Source: Octopus sinensis (Eukaryota). From it: a DNA stretch of 57,340 nt. Positions 32,947 to 45,935 of the stretch are shown here, one piece after another (the stretch's first letter is position 1; every line of letters starts with the position of its first letter). The notes below the pieces were generated by a model. It did not search any database and was not told the origin of the DNA. It saw nothing but the letters and a program-made list of their open reading frames with translations. The stretch is from NCBI RefSeq assembly GCF_006345805.1, contig NW_021833636.1, forward strand, positions 1-57,340, read 5' to 3'. The position numbers and the translations under genes are program-made.

Positions 32947-34720
32947 TATATGAGCGTGTTAGGAGGTGTGGGTGTACATGGTCAATAATATCTGCTGTAG
33001 TTTTATAGAAAAAATGCATATTTTCGATACCCATTTCAACAGTTGAATGGAAAAAGTTTGTATGTAGAGAATCAACTGATTTGATCTTAGGTATGCTAGG
33101 TAAATATATCTTTTCCATCTGGCTGCTTCTCATACATATACAATCATGCACACGCAAACACACACACACACATACACACACACATGCACGCACACACACA
33201 CACACACACACATAAACATACACACGCACGCACGCACTCACACACACAAACATACACACACACACGCATATATATGTAATTATAAAATATCGAAATATAT
33301 TTGTGAGCTCGTGTGTGTATATTAGCATCGTGCGTGTGAAAAGTTATGCATTAGCATGTTTGCTTGCTTGTATGTATGCATCTATGTATGCATGCATGTA
33401 TATATGTATGTATGTATGTATCTATGTATGCATGCATGCATGCATGTATGTAAATATGTGTCTATGTATATGTATACATACTTTTATATGTATGTATGGT
33501 TATATATATACACACACATGTATATGTATATATGCATACACACATATATATATATATACAAAATATATATATATATGCGTATGTCTGTTTATGCATGTGC
33601 GTATGTTCGTATATATATATATATACACACATTTGTGAGAAGCAATGTCTCAGGTACATTAGATGAAAATCTATCCTATACAGGAAAATAAAAGCGAGCA
33701 CGTCTAAACGAGTGAAAAGCAAGTCTCTGAAATTTGCTGAAGTTGACATTAAGCCTTAACACTAAATAGAGTAATGACACCCGAATTACAGAGTGTTTCG
33801 TGTTTTAATGAGATTTCTCAAAAGAAAATAAACGCTGGTGACGTTCATTGTATCATTGCGGTCTTAGAACGGATTTCACTTCACGATTGAGTGAATTAAT
33901 GCCATAAAAACATCAATTCTGAAATGAAGTCTACTATTTAAGGAAATTACTTATCATCGGTAAGTATAAAACCAAACATAAGTAGAAAAGTTAAAAGTTC
34001 ATGGTTAGTGACCACAAGGATTGCTTACTTATTTGCTATATGCGATCGGAGTGGTTCTTGACGCATCAGACATCAATGCGTTTGTGTATGTGATGATGGC
34101 TGCTTCAAGAATTTGTACTTAAAGTTTAGAATGAAAGAGTTGAAAAACATGACACAAAGTGTCAATGACTTCGCTAATGGAGTTCCATTATTTTATTGGC
34201 ATTCCTCAAGCAGTGAACCATTGATATCTTCCTTGAAGCTGCAAATAAATCGATAAAACTGGTTGATGAATAAGCAACAAGAATATTTAGTAAATGTATC
34301 TTTCTAAATGTTATAGCTCTATTTTATAATTTATATAACCAAGAGTGTATAAGTTGTTATTTGAAATATTTTCAATATAATTGAAAAAATATATATATAT
34401 ACAATTTTTCTATCTCAAAGTCATTTTAAAGACACTCTAAGTTATTTCTATCTGTATAACGAGTTCGCCATTAATTTCAATATAAAATAAGATGGCGATT
34501 TTATATAAGTACATATTTGAATTATTTCACTTCAAAGTCTTTGAGAAATGCATGAACGTTATTACTGAATCTTTTCTCTCTCTTATTTATAATGGAGTAA
34601 TATTCTACCAAAAGCAAATTGTGTTTAATCTAATATGACCTACCTGCCGCTAATCCTTTGAGCCAACTGTCTACATGTCACAAAGAGAAAAGAAATTCTT
34701 TTGAAACCACATATTACCGT

Positions 34721-34918
34721 CTTATCAAACAATATACATTACCTGAAAATCACCTGGGATGGATATGGACGCTTAATCTAGTATGACCTGAAGCTAAAAC
34801 AACGACAGTAATAATAAAGTCTCTTAATACTATCATAAAAAATATGTATTATTTTCTACACAAACCATATTTGCTTATCTCGGAGTGGATAAATAACATT
34901 CTGACTATCATATTTTCC
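34721..34918. repeat. Inverted partner of 32688-32885; inner 70 bp identical
   Basis: 34721-34790 is the exact reverse complement of 32816-32885; the outer 128 bp have about 24 mismatches by hand count. Confidence 0.92.
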
Positions 34919-35665
34919 CAGTAGCGTTAAATGTATGATAGAAATGCAGTATATTCAATTGATCATGGGATCCTTGTTAGTTATCGGTTTTATAAGGGAA
35001 TGTGTTCAAATTAATTGGGCTTTGTTTTCACAATATACAAGGCGTTATATGTTAAATGAAGGAGGAAGCGAAAAAAGCGAAAAGTAGAAGAAAAAGAAGA
35101 AAAACCAAGATGAAAATGAAGAAGAAAGAGAAGAAAAAGGAAAAAATAAGAAAACGAAGAAGAAGAAGAAGAAGAAGAAGAAGAAGAAGAAGAAGAAGAA
35201 GAAGAAGAAGAAGAAGAAGAATTCAGTAGCAAAAGCAAAATATTATCCACTTTATGCTGAATACACTCGCTAAAATATACCATACAGTTATACTCTTCAA
35301 CAAAATCTGAGTTTCGTGTCATATCTGTACTGAAGTGATATTTCTTTAAGTAGCATATTTGCGTTAGTTAGCTTCCGTATCTTCGAATATCAGTCAGTAA
35401 ATCTAAGTGGACATTCTTTACCTACATATAGATGCACATACATACATACATACATTACATACATACATTACATACATACATATATATATATGTATATATA
35501 TAACACATATACATATTATATTATATATATATATAGATATATATATATAATGCACATATGTATATATATATATAGAGATATACATATATATAATATATGC
35601 ACATATGTATATAATATATATATATAATAATATATACATATATATATATACATACATATATAATA

Positions 35666-35700
<35 letters not shown>

Positions 35701-36234
35701 TCTATATACATATATATATGTGTGTGTGTGTGTCGTGGTGCATGCGTTCGTGTGTGTGTGGTGTTTGAAGGAGAAGAGCAGTAATAACTGTAACATCAGC
35801 AAATTGATGTGAGGAACGTCGGATACTTGTGATCTGTTCGAAAGAGAATTGCTTTCGTATTGCTCAGTACTTTAATAAACATTCCGACGATTGCCCAGTT
35901 GTCTGCTGCACTAAAAACCAAGATATCAAATGTTCATCTTGAAAGATTCAACAATTACTTACTTGACAAGTATTCTTCAAATGTTTCTTCTAATTTTTTT
36001 CTTAATAAATTTTTCTTCAGTTATTTTACTCTTTGGACTGCGGTCATGCTGGTGCACCAAATTTGGTTGAAAAAATTGGATGCAGTATTTATTTGTTGAA
36101 GACTAGTACATATTCTATTAGGCTCTTTTTTAACGAATTGTTAGCTTACAGGGACGGAAACACAACCGACACAACTGAAAGCGATGGGTAGGGGACAAAT
36201 ACAAAGATACAAACACACACACATAATATATATA

Positions 36235-36595
36235 CAGGGGTTCGACAAAATAATGGAAACACCTTAAAATTTCAAACAAATTCATTTTAATATGGGGTAG
36301 GACCATCTTTGACAGTAATTACAGCTTGAATTCTACGAGGTATGGATTCGTACAAAGTCTGAATTGTTTCCAAAGGAACGTTTGTCCATTCTTCAGCTAA
36401 AACTGTCTCCAGTTCTTGCAGTAATGATGGTGAAGGATATCGACGTCTTACTTATTTTTTTTTTCATATATATTTCAATAATATTGACATCCGGGGACTG
36501 TTGTGGCCAGATAAGATGTTCAACTTCACTAGAAGGTTCCACGTGCCATTCAGTAACAAATTTAGCTGTGTGAAATTGGCGTATAAGTTACCCAC
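36235..36595 (-). mobile_element. Tc1-like transposon, 3' end with TIR
   Basis: TA|caggggttcgacaaaataatggaaacacc; minus strand VEHLIWPQQSPDVNIIE..LQELETVLAEEWTNVPLETIQTLYESIPRRIQAVI..KDGPTPY*. Confidence 0.88.
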
Positions 36596-36596
36596 C

Positions 36597-36816
36597 TGTA
36601 TGGGACGCTCGTCCGTCGCAGGTGAGCTTCTAGATGCAGGAAGAAAGAGAGAGAGAAAGGTGTTGCGAAAGGGTCAGCAGAATTTTGACAGTCCCTACTG
36701 CCGAGTGGAGCTTAGGTGTTTCGCTCATAGACACACATCGCCCGGTCTAAGATTTGAACCCACGATTCCTCGACCGCGAGGTCCGCTGCTCTAGCTATTA
36801 GGCCATGTGCCTCCAC
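36597..36816 (-). mobile_element. SINE family C (tail type iv, truncated)
   Basis: Head gtggaggcacatggcctaatagctagagcagcggac; body as at 52173. Confidence 0.75.
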
Positions 36817-37264
36817 ATATGTACTACATATATATGCATATATATGCGTGTGTCCGTGTCCGTGTGTGTACATATACAAATATGTATTATATTTACACAC
36901 ATATACACACACACACACACAGGCGCATGTGTGTGTTTGTGTGCGTGCGTGCATGTGTGTAACTGTGTGTGTGCGAGTGTGCGCGTTTGTACTTAGAAAG
37001 TACACCGTACGGAAATGATACTTTAATCTAATTTGCAATGAATTGGACTGAAATAAAATTATATGATTTTATAACTATGAAGTCATGTACGGTAAACAAG
37101 TAAGTAAATTGTGTATCTACGATGGCTAATGGCCATATTTTCCTTGGGTACGATCCAATTTCCACAATGTATACCAAATCTGGTGCATACATGTCTGTGT
37201 GTGTGAGTGTGTACTTTTGATATTTTTCCTTTCTGTTTTTGGTTGAAGATTTTTAGTCTTGGGA

Positions 37265-37679
37265 ATTGACGGGCGTATCTGTGCAGCGAGAGCGCGAAGA
37301 ATTGGATACTTCAAGTCGACAATGCACCCTGTCGGCTAGCTCTCCTTTCTCGTGAGTTTCCCCCCAAATACAACATGGTGTCGCTTCCACAACCACCCTG
37401 TTTGCCAGATTCAGTACCTTCAGGGCTTCAATCTCTTCCCCATGATGAAAATGCAGCTCAAAAGTCATCGTTTTAACACCGTCATCGAAATCCAGGCCGA
37501 ATTATAAGAACTCCTCGATTCACTTGCAGAAAAAGAATACCAGGCCGTATTCCAAAAGTGGGAGGAATGCTGCGCAAGGTGACTATTTTGAAGAGGATAA
37601 TGTTAAAACTTCGGTAAAACTGTTATTTTTTTTTTTATTAAACATAGCTAGTGCGGAGACTTTTTTATATTACCTCGTA
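37265..37679 (+). mobile_element. mariner transposon, 3' half with TIR
   Basis: WILQVDNAPC..YNMVSLPQPPCLPD..FNLFPMMKMQLKSHRFNTVIEIQAEL..QAVFQKWEE..QGDYFEEDN; ends ...attacctcg|TA. Confidence 0.88.
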
Positions 37680-38684
37680 GCCCTGTAAATGTTGGCTACC
37701 CGCTTCCTATCCAAGCAACTACGCTTTCAGTGTATCCTCCGCCACTGATAATTTGGTCTCTTACATATCTACTACCTCTGAGAATAACTCTGGACATTTG
37801 AAAAAGATCTAGTTCGATAAACGTAGTTGTCCAAATCAATAATTACGTAGGACTACATCTGGGGCAGTCAAAATTTCATATTGATATACATCTATGTGTT
37901 TAACGTAATATGTCACTTCCAAATCCATGTTGGTCATATGCAAAGAACCAGCATGCAAATCGTAAGCAGTAGACGTTTAAATCATTATAAAATTCATTTG
38001 AGTGAGTGCAAACTCTATAAAATAACTAAGAAAGTGGTTGTAGTTACAGCTAAGATGCTATAGAAGCATCCATTATACTATAGCTATTTTTTCTTGTGGA
38101 GTCAATAAAAAACAATTGTTTCTTTAACTGCTGAATATTAATAGAAAAAATTCACTGTTATCAATGCCTTCACTCAACAATAGGCTTTATTCTTTCTTAG
38201 AATTATAATATTTTTTGTCAGATTTTCATTATGTGTGACGTCGATCGCTGAATTTACGTGGGAGGCATAGAAAAATCCAGTATTCCTTTGAGGCGATCGC
38301 ACTGATAACCATTTGACAGAGGTCAATGAATGAGAAACATCAATCAATTATTTACAATTGTATTATTATGTTGGTTAAAATATAATCATTTATTGATCTC
38401 TTTATTTATGAGTGACGCCAATGGCATATTTTTTGAGACAGACAACATTGTGACATTCATGCACTTCCGAAGTGCATCTACAACGTACTCGAACATTCAT
38501 CAGCAGAGCTGGGATCAGATAAAGGGCTTCGTCTTATATGAAGCTTCCTGTTCCACCAATCTTTATGAGAATCAATAGAAATAAAGTGTATTGACGAGTT
38601 CAGTGAAACGTAGTTAAACTGATGTTAACGCGGTTTGTATTAAGTGTCGCCGAAATGTTTAATTAAAATTATGCAAACGGTGAA

Positions 38685-39130
38685 GAAGAAGAAGAAGAAG
38701 AAGAAGAAGAAGGGGGAGAAGGAGGAGGTTGATGAGAAGAAGAAGAAGAAGAAGAAGAAGAAGGGGAGAAGGAGGAGGTGGAGGAGGAGAAGAAGAAGAA
38801 GAAGAAGAGAAGAAGAAGAAGAAGAAGGGGAAGAAGGAGGAGGTTGAGGAGGAGGAGAAGAAGAGAAGAAGAAGAAGAAGAAGAAGAAGAAGGGGAAGAA
38901 GGAGGAGGTTGAGGAGGAGAAGAAGAAGAAGAAGAAGAAAGAAGAAGAAGGGGAAGAAGGAGGAGGTTGAGGAGGAGAAGGAGAAGAAGAAGAAGAAGAA
39001 GAAGACGAAAAAGAAGAAGAAGAAGAAGAAGAAGAAGAAGAAGAAGAAGAAGAAGAAGAAGAACAAGAAGAAGAAGAAGAAGAAGAAGAAGAACAAGAAG
39101 AAGGAGAACAAGAACAAGAAGAAGAAGAGA
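38685..39130. repeat. ~450-bp polypurine (GAA/GAG)n array with a higher-order unit
   Basis: agggg(a)agaaggaggaggttgaggaggag recurs about 5 times. Confidence 0.95.
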
Positions 39131-39133
39131 TGT

Positions 39134-39390
39134 TTCCTTCTCGAGCCATGCCAGGCTCATAAGGGCTAGTTTCCCGGTGTCCGTGACGTAGAAATCCCCC
39201 ACCTGGACGGGATGCCGATCTGCTGCAGTGGTTACTCAATTTTTATTTTGTCATCTCAGTGGACTGGAGTAATGTGAAATGGAGTATTTTGTTCTAGAGC
39301 CCAACGCATCACCCAGTCCAGGAATCGAAACCACAATCTTAAGATCGTGATTCCAACACTCTAACCAGTAAGCCACGTGCCTCTACGAAC
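39134..39390 (-). mobile_element. tRNA-derived SINE with tail type iv
   Basis: Head agaggcacgtggcttactggttagagtg..ggtttcgattcc; tail cccgtccaggtggg..cccttatgagcctggcatggc. Confidence 0.75.
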
Positions 39391-40592
39391 AGAAGAAATA
39401 ATTTATTTATTAATGTTGATCATGGAAGACACAGGGCACAGTTCTTGAATTTATATTAAACTTGATTAAATATTCAATGGGATCATACCGAAGGGGGTAG
39501 TTTGATTTTAGGAAAATTGAAGTCTTTTTGGGGCCATCGTTGTTATTAGACATACAGTCTAATAACCAGGGGAAACCAAGATCCAGTGGGGATATCATCA
39601 AGGTCTTTCCGCTTTTTGCTATAATGCTGTATATGTTTTATATATCTATCTGTTAGGCGATACTGGATGTTGTTTACACTCAGCGTGTCCAGAAAAGATT
39701 TTATACGACAATATTTTATTGATAGTTATATTTGACAAAGTCACACAATACTTGAAAACGGCTGAAGACAATTGGAAAGAAATTCAAGTAAATTTAGCAT
39801 AAAGGTTCTATGAAGTCAGAGCGGCTTAAAATCGGCGAGATTTTGTCTCGGATAATAGGTAGTAATTAGATATGTCAAAGCATTTAATCCGACTATCTAC
39901 TTTTTCTACAATCCTCTAAATTATTTTTATAGGGCAAATAATTAACGTTGTCTTAATACGGCAGGTCATTATTGAGCTATGCCCGACTTCGTGAAAACAT
40001 TTGATTAGCATTTATTTTTGTTTTGCAAGAAAAGAAAGGTTATTAAAAGAAAAGAAAGAAAGAAAGAAAGAAACAGAAAAGAAAACCCTAGTGGCATTTA
40101 AACACAAAACCATCGTCAATAGGTCAGTAGGCCAGCAATTACTCTCCATGATATTAATAAACAAGCATATGTAGGTTTCTAACTGTGTGGAACATTAGTG
40201 TTTATGAAAAAAATAAATCATTAAGGAACCGGATGCACATTAAATTGATAAATATTTCATCTGGGTTTCTTGGATGAGAGGAAATTTGATTGGAATACTT
40301 TTTGATTGGTATCTCTCCAGAAAATTATTAGTACCACTAATAAATTTGTGATGGATCAATCAACTACATTCCATTTTGTTTCTGTTACTAAATGTTGAAC
40401 CGAGATTAATGACGTCAGCAGAATTTAGTATCTCTGTTCTCTTTTTACTTGTTTCAGTCATTTTGACTGCGGCCATGCTGGTGCACCGCCTTTAATAGAG
40501 CAACTCGACCACGGGACTTATTCTTTGTAAGCCCAGTACTTATTCTATCACTCCTTTATATATTTATATATAACACAACTTATTTTCCGTAA

Positions 40593-40628
<36 letters not shown>

Positions 40629-40664
40629 GTTACTGCTGCCGCTACTGCTGCTGTTGCTGTTGCT

Positions 40665-41035
40665 GTAGAGCGAACGGTCTTCGTCCCAGAGCTCGCAAGA
40701 TGGGAGAAGTCCGAAACGTGGTCCTTTGCTATTCGTAAGACCCGCAGAAGAGAAAGCTGGTCAACCCCAGACACCGAGACCATCGACGGATGGATGACTG
40801 CGCATCCAGGCTCAGCGGTTGCGTAGGAAGTCGGGGACAAGAAACAGGGAGGAAGAGGGAGAGAAAGTTGGAGCGAAAGAGTACAGCAGGGATCGCCACA
40901 ACCCCCTGCCAGAGCCTCGTGGAGCGTTAGGTGTTTTCGCTCAATAAACACACGCAACGCCCGGTCTAGGAATCGAAACCAAGATCCTCTTACCGCGAGT
41001 CCGCTGCCCTAACCATTGGGCCATTGCGCCTCCAC
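40665..41035 (-). mobile_element. Full-length SINE family C with tail type iii, followed by a (GCA)/(GTA) triplet tail
   Basis: Head matches 54214; the 3' part differs from the other copies. Confidence 0.85.
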
Positions 41036-41743
41036 TGCTACTGCTGTGACTGCTGCTGCTGCAGCTACTCCTTACATGGCCATTACACTACAATGCATGC
41101 AATAAGGTATTCAGACTTCCAGCATTCATCACTCCATTAGAGTGTACTCATTGTTTCCTATTGTCTCCAGAGAATTAAGTACCTATTTTCAATGTGCTTT
41201 GCTTTCTTAACGGTATCCAACATCCTGCACCACATGAGTCAAGTCCCCCAACACTTTTCAGTGGAAAGCACGGGAAAACCATCTTTGTTTTCTCCAGCCT
41301 TGTTTCCCCAGCTATTGTTTTCCCCAGTTTTAGGAAAATATTCACGTGCGCTGTCTTTGATGACATTTCTCCTTCTTTATACTTTAGATCAAATGGCTCA
41401 TGCTAAGAAGTTTTCTTATAGCAGACAGCACTCGAGAAAGATAACATGTTATTAGGGGTGTCGTTACTATGGCTTTAGTGTGTAATGTTTGCATTGGTTT
41501 TGCGTCCATATTAATTCATATTTTCAACTTATTTGTGCTTGCTCTTAAAATCGTTTAGCTAACAATTCCCGCTAATTGTTTAATATGTTTGATAAGAATT
41601 CTTATCCCGTGTTAGAAAAATAAATATAAATATCTCCAGAATGAAAACGCAAGCTAAAGGTTTAAATGCTTAAAATGTGAAGTGTTTAGATGACGAAACG
41701 AAACAAAATGAAAACAGAACTTCGGTAATTAATCAGTAAAGAA

Positions 41744-41962
41744 GATGGCGAGCTGGTAGAATCGCTGACACGCCGGGTGGAACGTTTAATGGCATTTCAC
41801 CCATTTTTACGTTCTGAGTTCAAATTTCGCCCGAGTCGACTTTGCCTTTCATCCTTTCGGGGTCGATAAATTAAGTACCAGTGAAAATCTGGGGTCGATG
41901 TAATCGACTAGTTCCTCCCCACTCAAATTTCCAGACCTTGGGCCTTCAGTAGAAAAGAATTA
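41744..41962 (+). mobile_element. SINE family B variant (alternative tail tcgactagttcctccc...gtagaaaagaatta)
   Basis: Same central domain; older minus-strand copies at 53385-53580 and 53600-53812. Confidence 0.8.
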
Positions 41963-42103
41963 GTAAATAAATTAAATGTAAAACGAATCAAAAGAACAGC
42001 ATAAATAACAGAAGTAATAATAATAATAATAATAATGGTGATGATGATGATGATGATGATAATAATAAAGATGATGATGATGATGATGATGATGATAATA
42101 ATA

Positions 42104-42183
<80 letters not shown>

Positions 42184-42207
42184 AAGAAGAAGAAGAAGAA
42201 GAAGAAG

Positions 42208-42932
42208 ACATTTTACTAATAGCAGTACAAGATCAAGCATTAAGGACTTCTTAGATAAAAGCCAATATAGATAAAACCATCTAGATACCCAATGTTGTTT
42301 ATGCATATCAAAAGAGGAAATTGTCACTCATAGAGTAAATCAAGGTAGCATGCTGACACAAAAATATAAGAAAAGACATGACAACCTAGGGAGAATATTT
42401 CACTGGAAGTTATTTAGAAATCTAGGATTTGCTCATACTGATAATTGGTATGAACACGAACCTAAGAAAGTACGAGAAAGTAAGAAGTATAAGATGTGAA
42501 AGTTTAACATTCAGACTGACAGAGTTATAGAAGCTAGAGGTCCTAATTTACTAGGAGTAGACAAGGAAAATAGAAAGTTCCAGATAATTGACTTTACAGC
42601 CCCAAATGATGAAAAAATAAATATGAGAGGTATAGAAAAAATATCAAAGTATCAGGACGTAGCCATTGAAATACAGAGACTATGGTGAGTGCGGGTAAAA
42701 TGTATCCCAGTCATTATTGCTGCATTACGAACTATCCTTAAAGATTTCAGCAGATGGAAACAGGAATAAGGCATAAAGCCCAGTTTAGTAGAGCTCCAGA
42801 AAACAATGTTATTAGGGACAACTAAGATATTTAGGAGGGTTCTTCGCGTCTAAGGTTACTTTTTGTAGCACGATGTTCGGGATTTTTCTTTTCCAGCAGT
42901 CTAAATATGTTGTGTGTTTATGAATAATAACA
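42208..42932 (+). mobile_element. R4/Dong-clade non-LTR retrotransposon, 5'-truncated 3' end (restriction-like endonuclease), between AAT arrays
   Basis: KRHDNLGRIFHWKL..HTDNWYEHEPKKV..FNIQTDRVIEARGP.L..VDKENRKFQIIDF.APND...EKISKYQD.AIEIQRLW..IPVIIAAL..ELQKTMLLGTTKIFRRVL; followed by a short 3' UTR and (AAT)n. Confidence 0.88.
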
Positions 42933-42938
42933 ATAATA

Positions 42939-43019
<81 letters not shown>

Positions 43020-43123
43020 TGATGATGATGATGAGGAGGAGGAGGAGGAGGAGGAGTAGGAGGAGGATGTATTGGACTCATCTACACCCCTAGAATCGTT
43101 GGCCGTATGCCAAATCCTCAAAC

Positions 43124-43188
<65 letters not shown>

Positions 43189-43197
43189 TATTATCAT

Positions 43198-43756
43198 TGA
43201 GTGAGAGAGCAGTTCATGCCATCAAAGTGACACTGGGGTAAAATATACGAAGCCCAATATACCCATCATGACTACCCGTCTGATAAAGGTACACCAGGCA
43301 CATGCATCACAACCATATGTGCGCGACATGGTGATCTCATATCAAGATAAACAGCACATGACCTTGCAGGTGGGGCCCAGTTAGAATTTTCTTCAGGTTG
43401 AGTAGCCCATCCCACTCAAAAGGTCCCTGAATAAGGGTTGTTTAAGGATGTTGAAAGAACCCACCATGTTTCCAGAGGTGAACTATTCAAACCCCAAAGA
43501 ATCCCTCTCAACACATGGCTATGATGCTCCCCCACTACTTCTGCTCGTGATCAGAGATGCACATATCGTCAGCCACTAAGGGACATGCTCAACTGGTTAA
43601 GGTCAAACAACTGACAAGCAAATCTGTGGTATTGAGCAGAATATTTGCCGTAGCCCATCTTTTATACCAAGACAAAACAATGTACATGATAACACTTCCA
43701 ATCAGTTAAGATCAGAAGCCATGAGAGCCACTGCCTGGTACTGCATCAGGGCATTT
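43198..43756 (-). mobile_element. ~560-bp non-coding element flanked by (ATT)n on both sides; probable non-autonomous TAA-targeting retroelement
   Basis: Sharp boundaries against ATT arrays (43107-43197 and 43757-43925); no ORF; strand assignment tentative. Confidence 0.55.
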
Positions 43757-43769
43757 ATTATTATTATTA

Positions 43770-43813
<44 letters not shown>

Positions 43814-44226
43814 GTATTATTATTATCATCATCATTATTATTATCATCATTATTATTATCATTATTATTAGTATCATTATTATTAGTATCGTTATTATTG
43901 CAAGGATGATGATGATTATGATAATGGTAATTTTGAAACAAATTTTCAGTCGTATCAACTTCATTCTTAGGAATATGACACAAACAACTTTTCCTTATGT
44001 GAGACGTTTTAGTTATTTGAGATGACGAAAATGTTTCTTCCATGATCTAATTGCTTCAGATACAATACAAAATCTCAGATCATGTTACTTTCCAAACAAG
44101 TATAATTTGGAATATGAACAAGATAGTATGAATAAATTATATAGAGTATATGCAAAGATAAATATACGATTATAGCTTAGATTTTCATATAATAAAACAT
44201 TATATATATGTATATATATGTATGTG

Positions 44227-44261
<35 letters not shown>

Positions 44262-44319
44262 TATATATATATATATAATATATATATAGATAGATAGATA
44301 TACATACATACACACACAT

Positions 44320-44372
<53 letters not shown>

Positions 44373-44386
44373 ACACGCACATATAA

Positions 44387-44442
<56 letters not shown>

Positions 44443-44480
44443 ATGTATGCACTCAGACACACACAGACACACACAGACAT

Positions 44481-44512
<32 letters not shown>

Positions 44513-44607
44513 ATATATATATGTATATATATACAGACAGAGAGGAGGTTGTTCGATGCATAAATTGTCACTATTTTATATTTTTAATTTCGCACGCGCG
44601 CATTGCT

Positions 44608-45370
44608 TAGATTTTGTCGACTAAACAGTATAGTCGAATCAGCTGGGCACCGTCTGTAGGGAAAAAAAGCACCACGACACAATTTACTCTGCCAGAAATT
44701 TGGAAACGACATGGTACACTGCTTGGTATTTGCACTGGGATCTTTAATACAAATAAATGGTGAACACAGCACAACCTTTGCTTTGCCGTGTCCTCAAAAC
44801 ATGTACCAAGAATGATAAATATCAAACATACGTTTCCATTCAAATTTCTACGGGGTCTCAGTCTCCACAGGGAGGTTTACATCAAGAGCCTGGAGGAGGT
44901 AGTGTTTCACTGGGTCAAAAGAGTAGCTGCTGGCAGACCCTATGTCTGGCAACAAGACTCTACACCATGCCACACAAACAGGAGAACCAAATCATGGCTG
45001 TAAGAGACTTTCTGCGACCACATCAGCCGTAACATCTTGCCCCCTAACTCCCCAGACTGCAACCCCATTGATTATTAAGTGTGGAGTACAGTTGAGCGAG
45101 AGACCGACAAAACTCTTTGTAACACCAAAAGTGAACTTAAGGCAAGGATTATGGCAGAATTTACCAGCTTAAACAGACAGACAGTCCAGAAGATTTACAG
45201 GAGATATCAAAGTCGTCTAAAGGCCATGATTAAAGCCTATGTCGACCTTATTGAATAAATAATCTACTCTTTGGTATTTCAAGATATTTTTGTGTAATTT
45301 TGGTAAATATGTCAGTTAAAATGACATGTCAGTGATATTTCCATTTTTAAGTAATTTAGACGACACTATA
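44608..45370 (+). mobile_element. Internally deleted maT (DD37D) Tc1/mariner element
   Basis: YVWQQDSTPCH...PPNSPDCNPIDY with 37 residues between the second and third Asp (hand count); imperfect TIRs tgtcgactaaa / tttagacgaca, TA at the right end. Confidence 0.85.
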
Positions 45371-45487
45371 TTCTCCGCACATACATACACACGCGCGGCG
45401 CAAACACGCACACACTCACCAGCTCACATACACACATATATATACGTATGTAGATATATGTGAATGTATAGATACGTGCGTAGCCGC

Positions 45488-45669
45488 ATTTCGTCTGCCG
45501 TTACGTTCTGAGTTCAAATCCCGCCGAGTTCGACTTTGCCTTTCATCTTTTCGGGGTTGATAAATTAAGTACCAGTTACGTACTGGATCGATGTAATCGA
45601 CTTAATCCGTTTGTCTGTCTTTATTTGTCCCCTCTGTGTTTAGCCCCTTGTGGGTAGTAAAGAAATAGA
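45488..45669 (+). mobile_element. SINE family B, 5'-truncated
   Basis: Standard central domain and tail. Confidence 0.88.
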
Positions 45670-45709
45670 ATGTATACATACATGCATACTTACATACATA
45701 CGCATACGT

Positions 45710-45935
45710 GTGGAGGCGCAATGGCCAAGGGGTTACAGCAGTGAACTCGCGATCGTAGGTTCGCGGTTTCAATTCCCAGATCTGGCGTTGTGAGTGTTTA
45801 TTGAGCAAAACCACCTAAAGCTCCACGAAGTACCGGCAAAGGGTGGGTGCGAATCCTGCAGTACTCTTTCACCGAAACATTCTCTCACTCTATCTTCCTG
45901 TTCCTGATGTACCTGTATTTCAAATGGCCTTATCA
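45710..45935 (+). mobile_element. SINE family C, 3'-truncated
   Basis: gtggaggcgcaatggccaagggg..ggtttcaattccc. Confidence 0.8.

Noticed and set aside
40687-40728. Hammerhead-like string ...gcaaga-tgggagaagtcc-GAAAC-gtg-GTC
   Set aside because: The core CUGANGA is not present (ctcgcaaga) and it is antisense to the SINE; too weak.
43700-43756. Possible ribozyme at the end of the ATT-flanked element (ccctgatgcagtacc...)
   Set aside because: CTGATG is followed by C, there is no GAAA, and I could not build an HDV-like or twister fold by eye.
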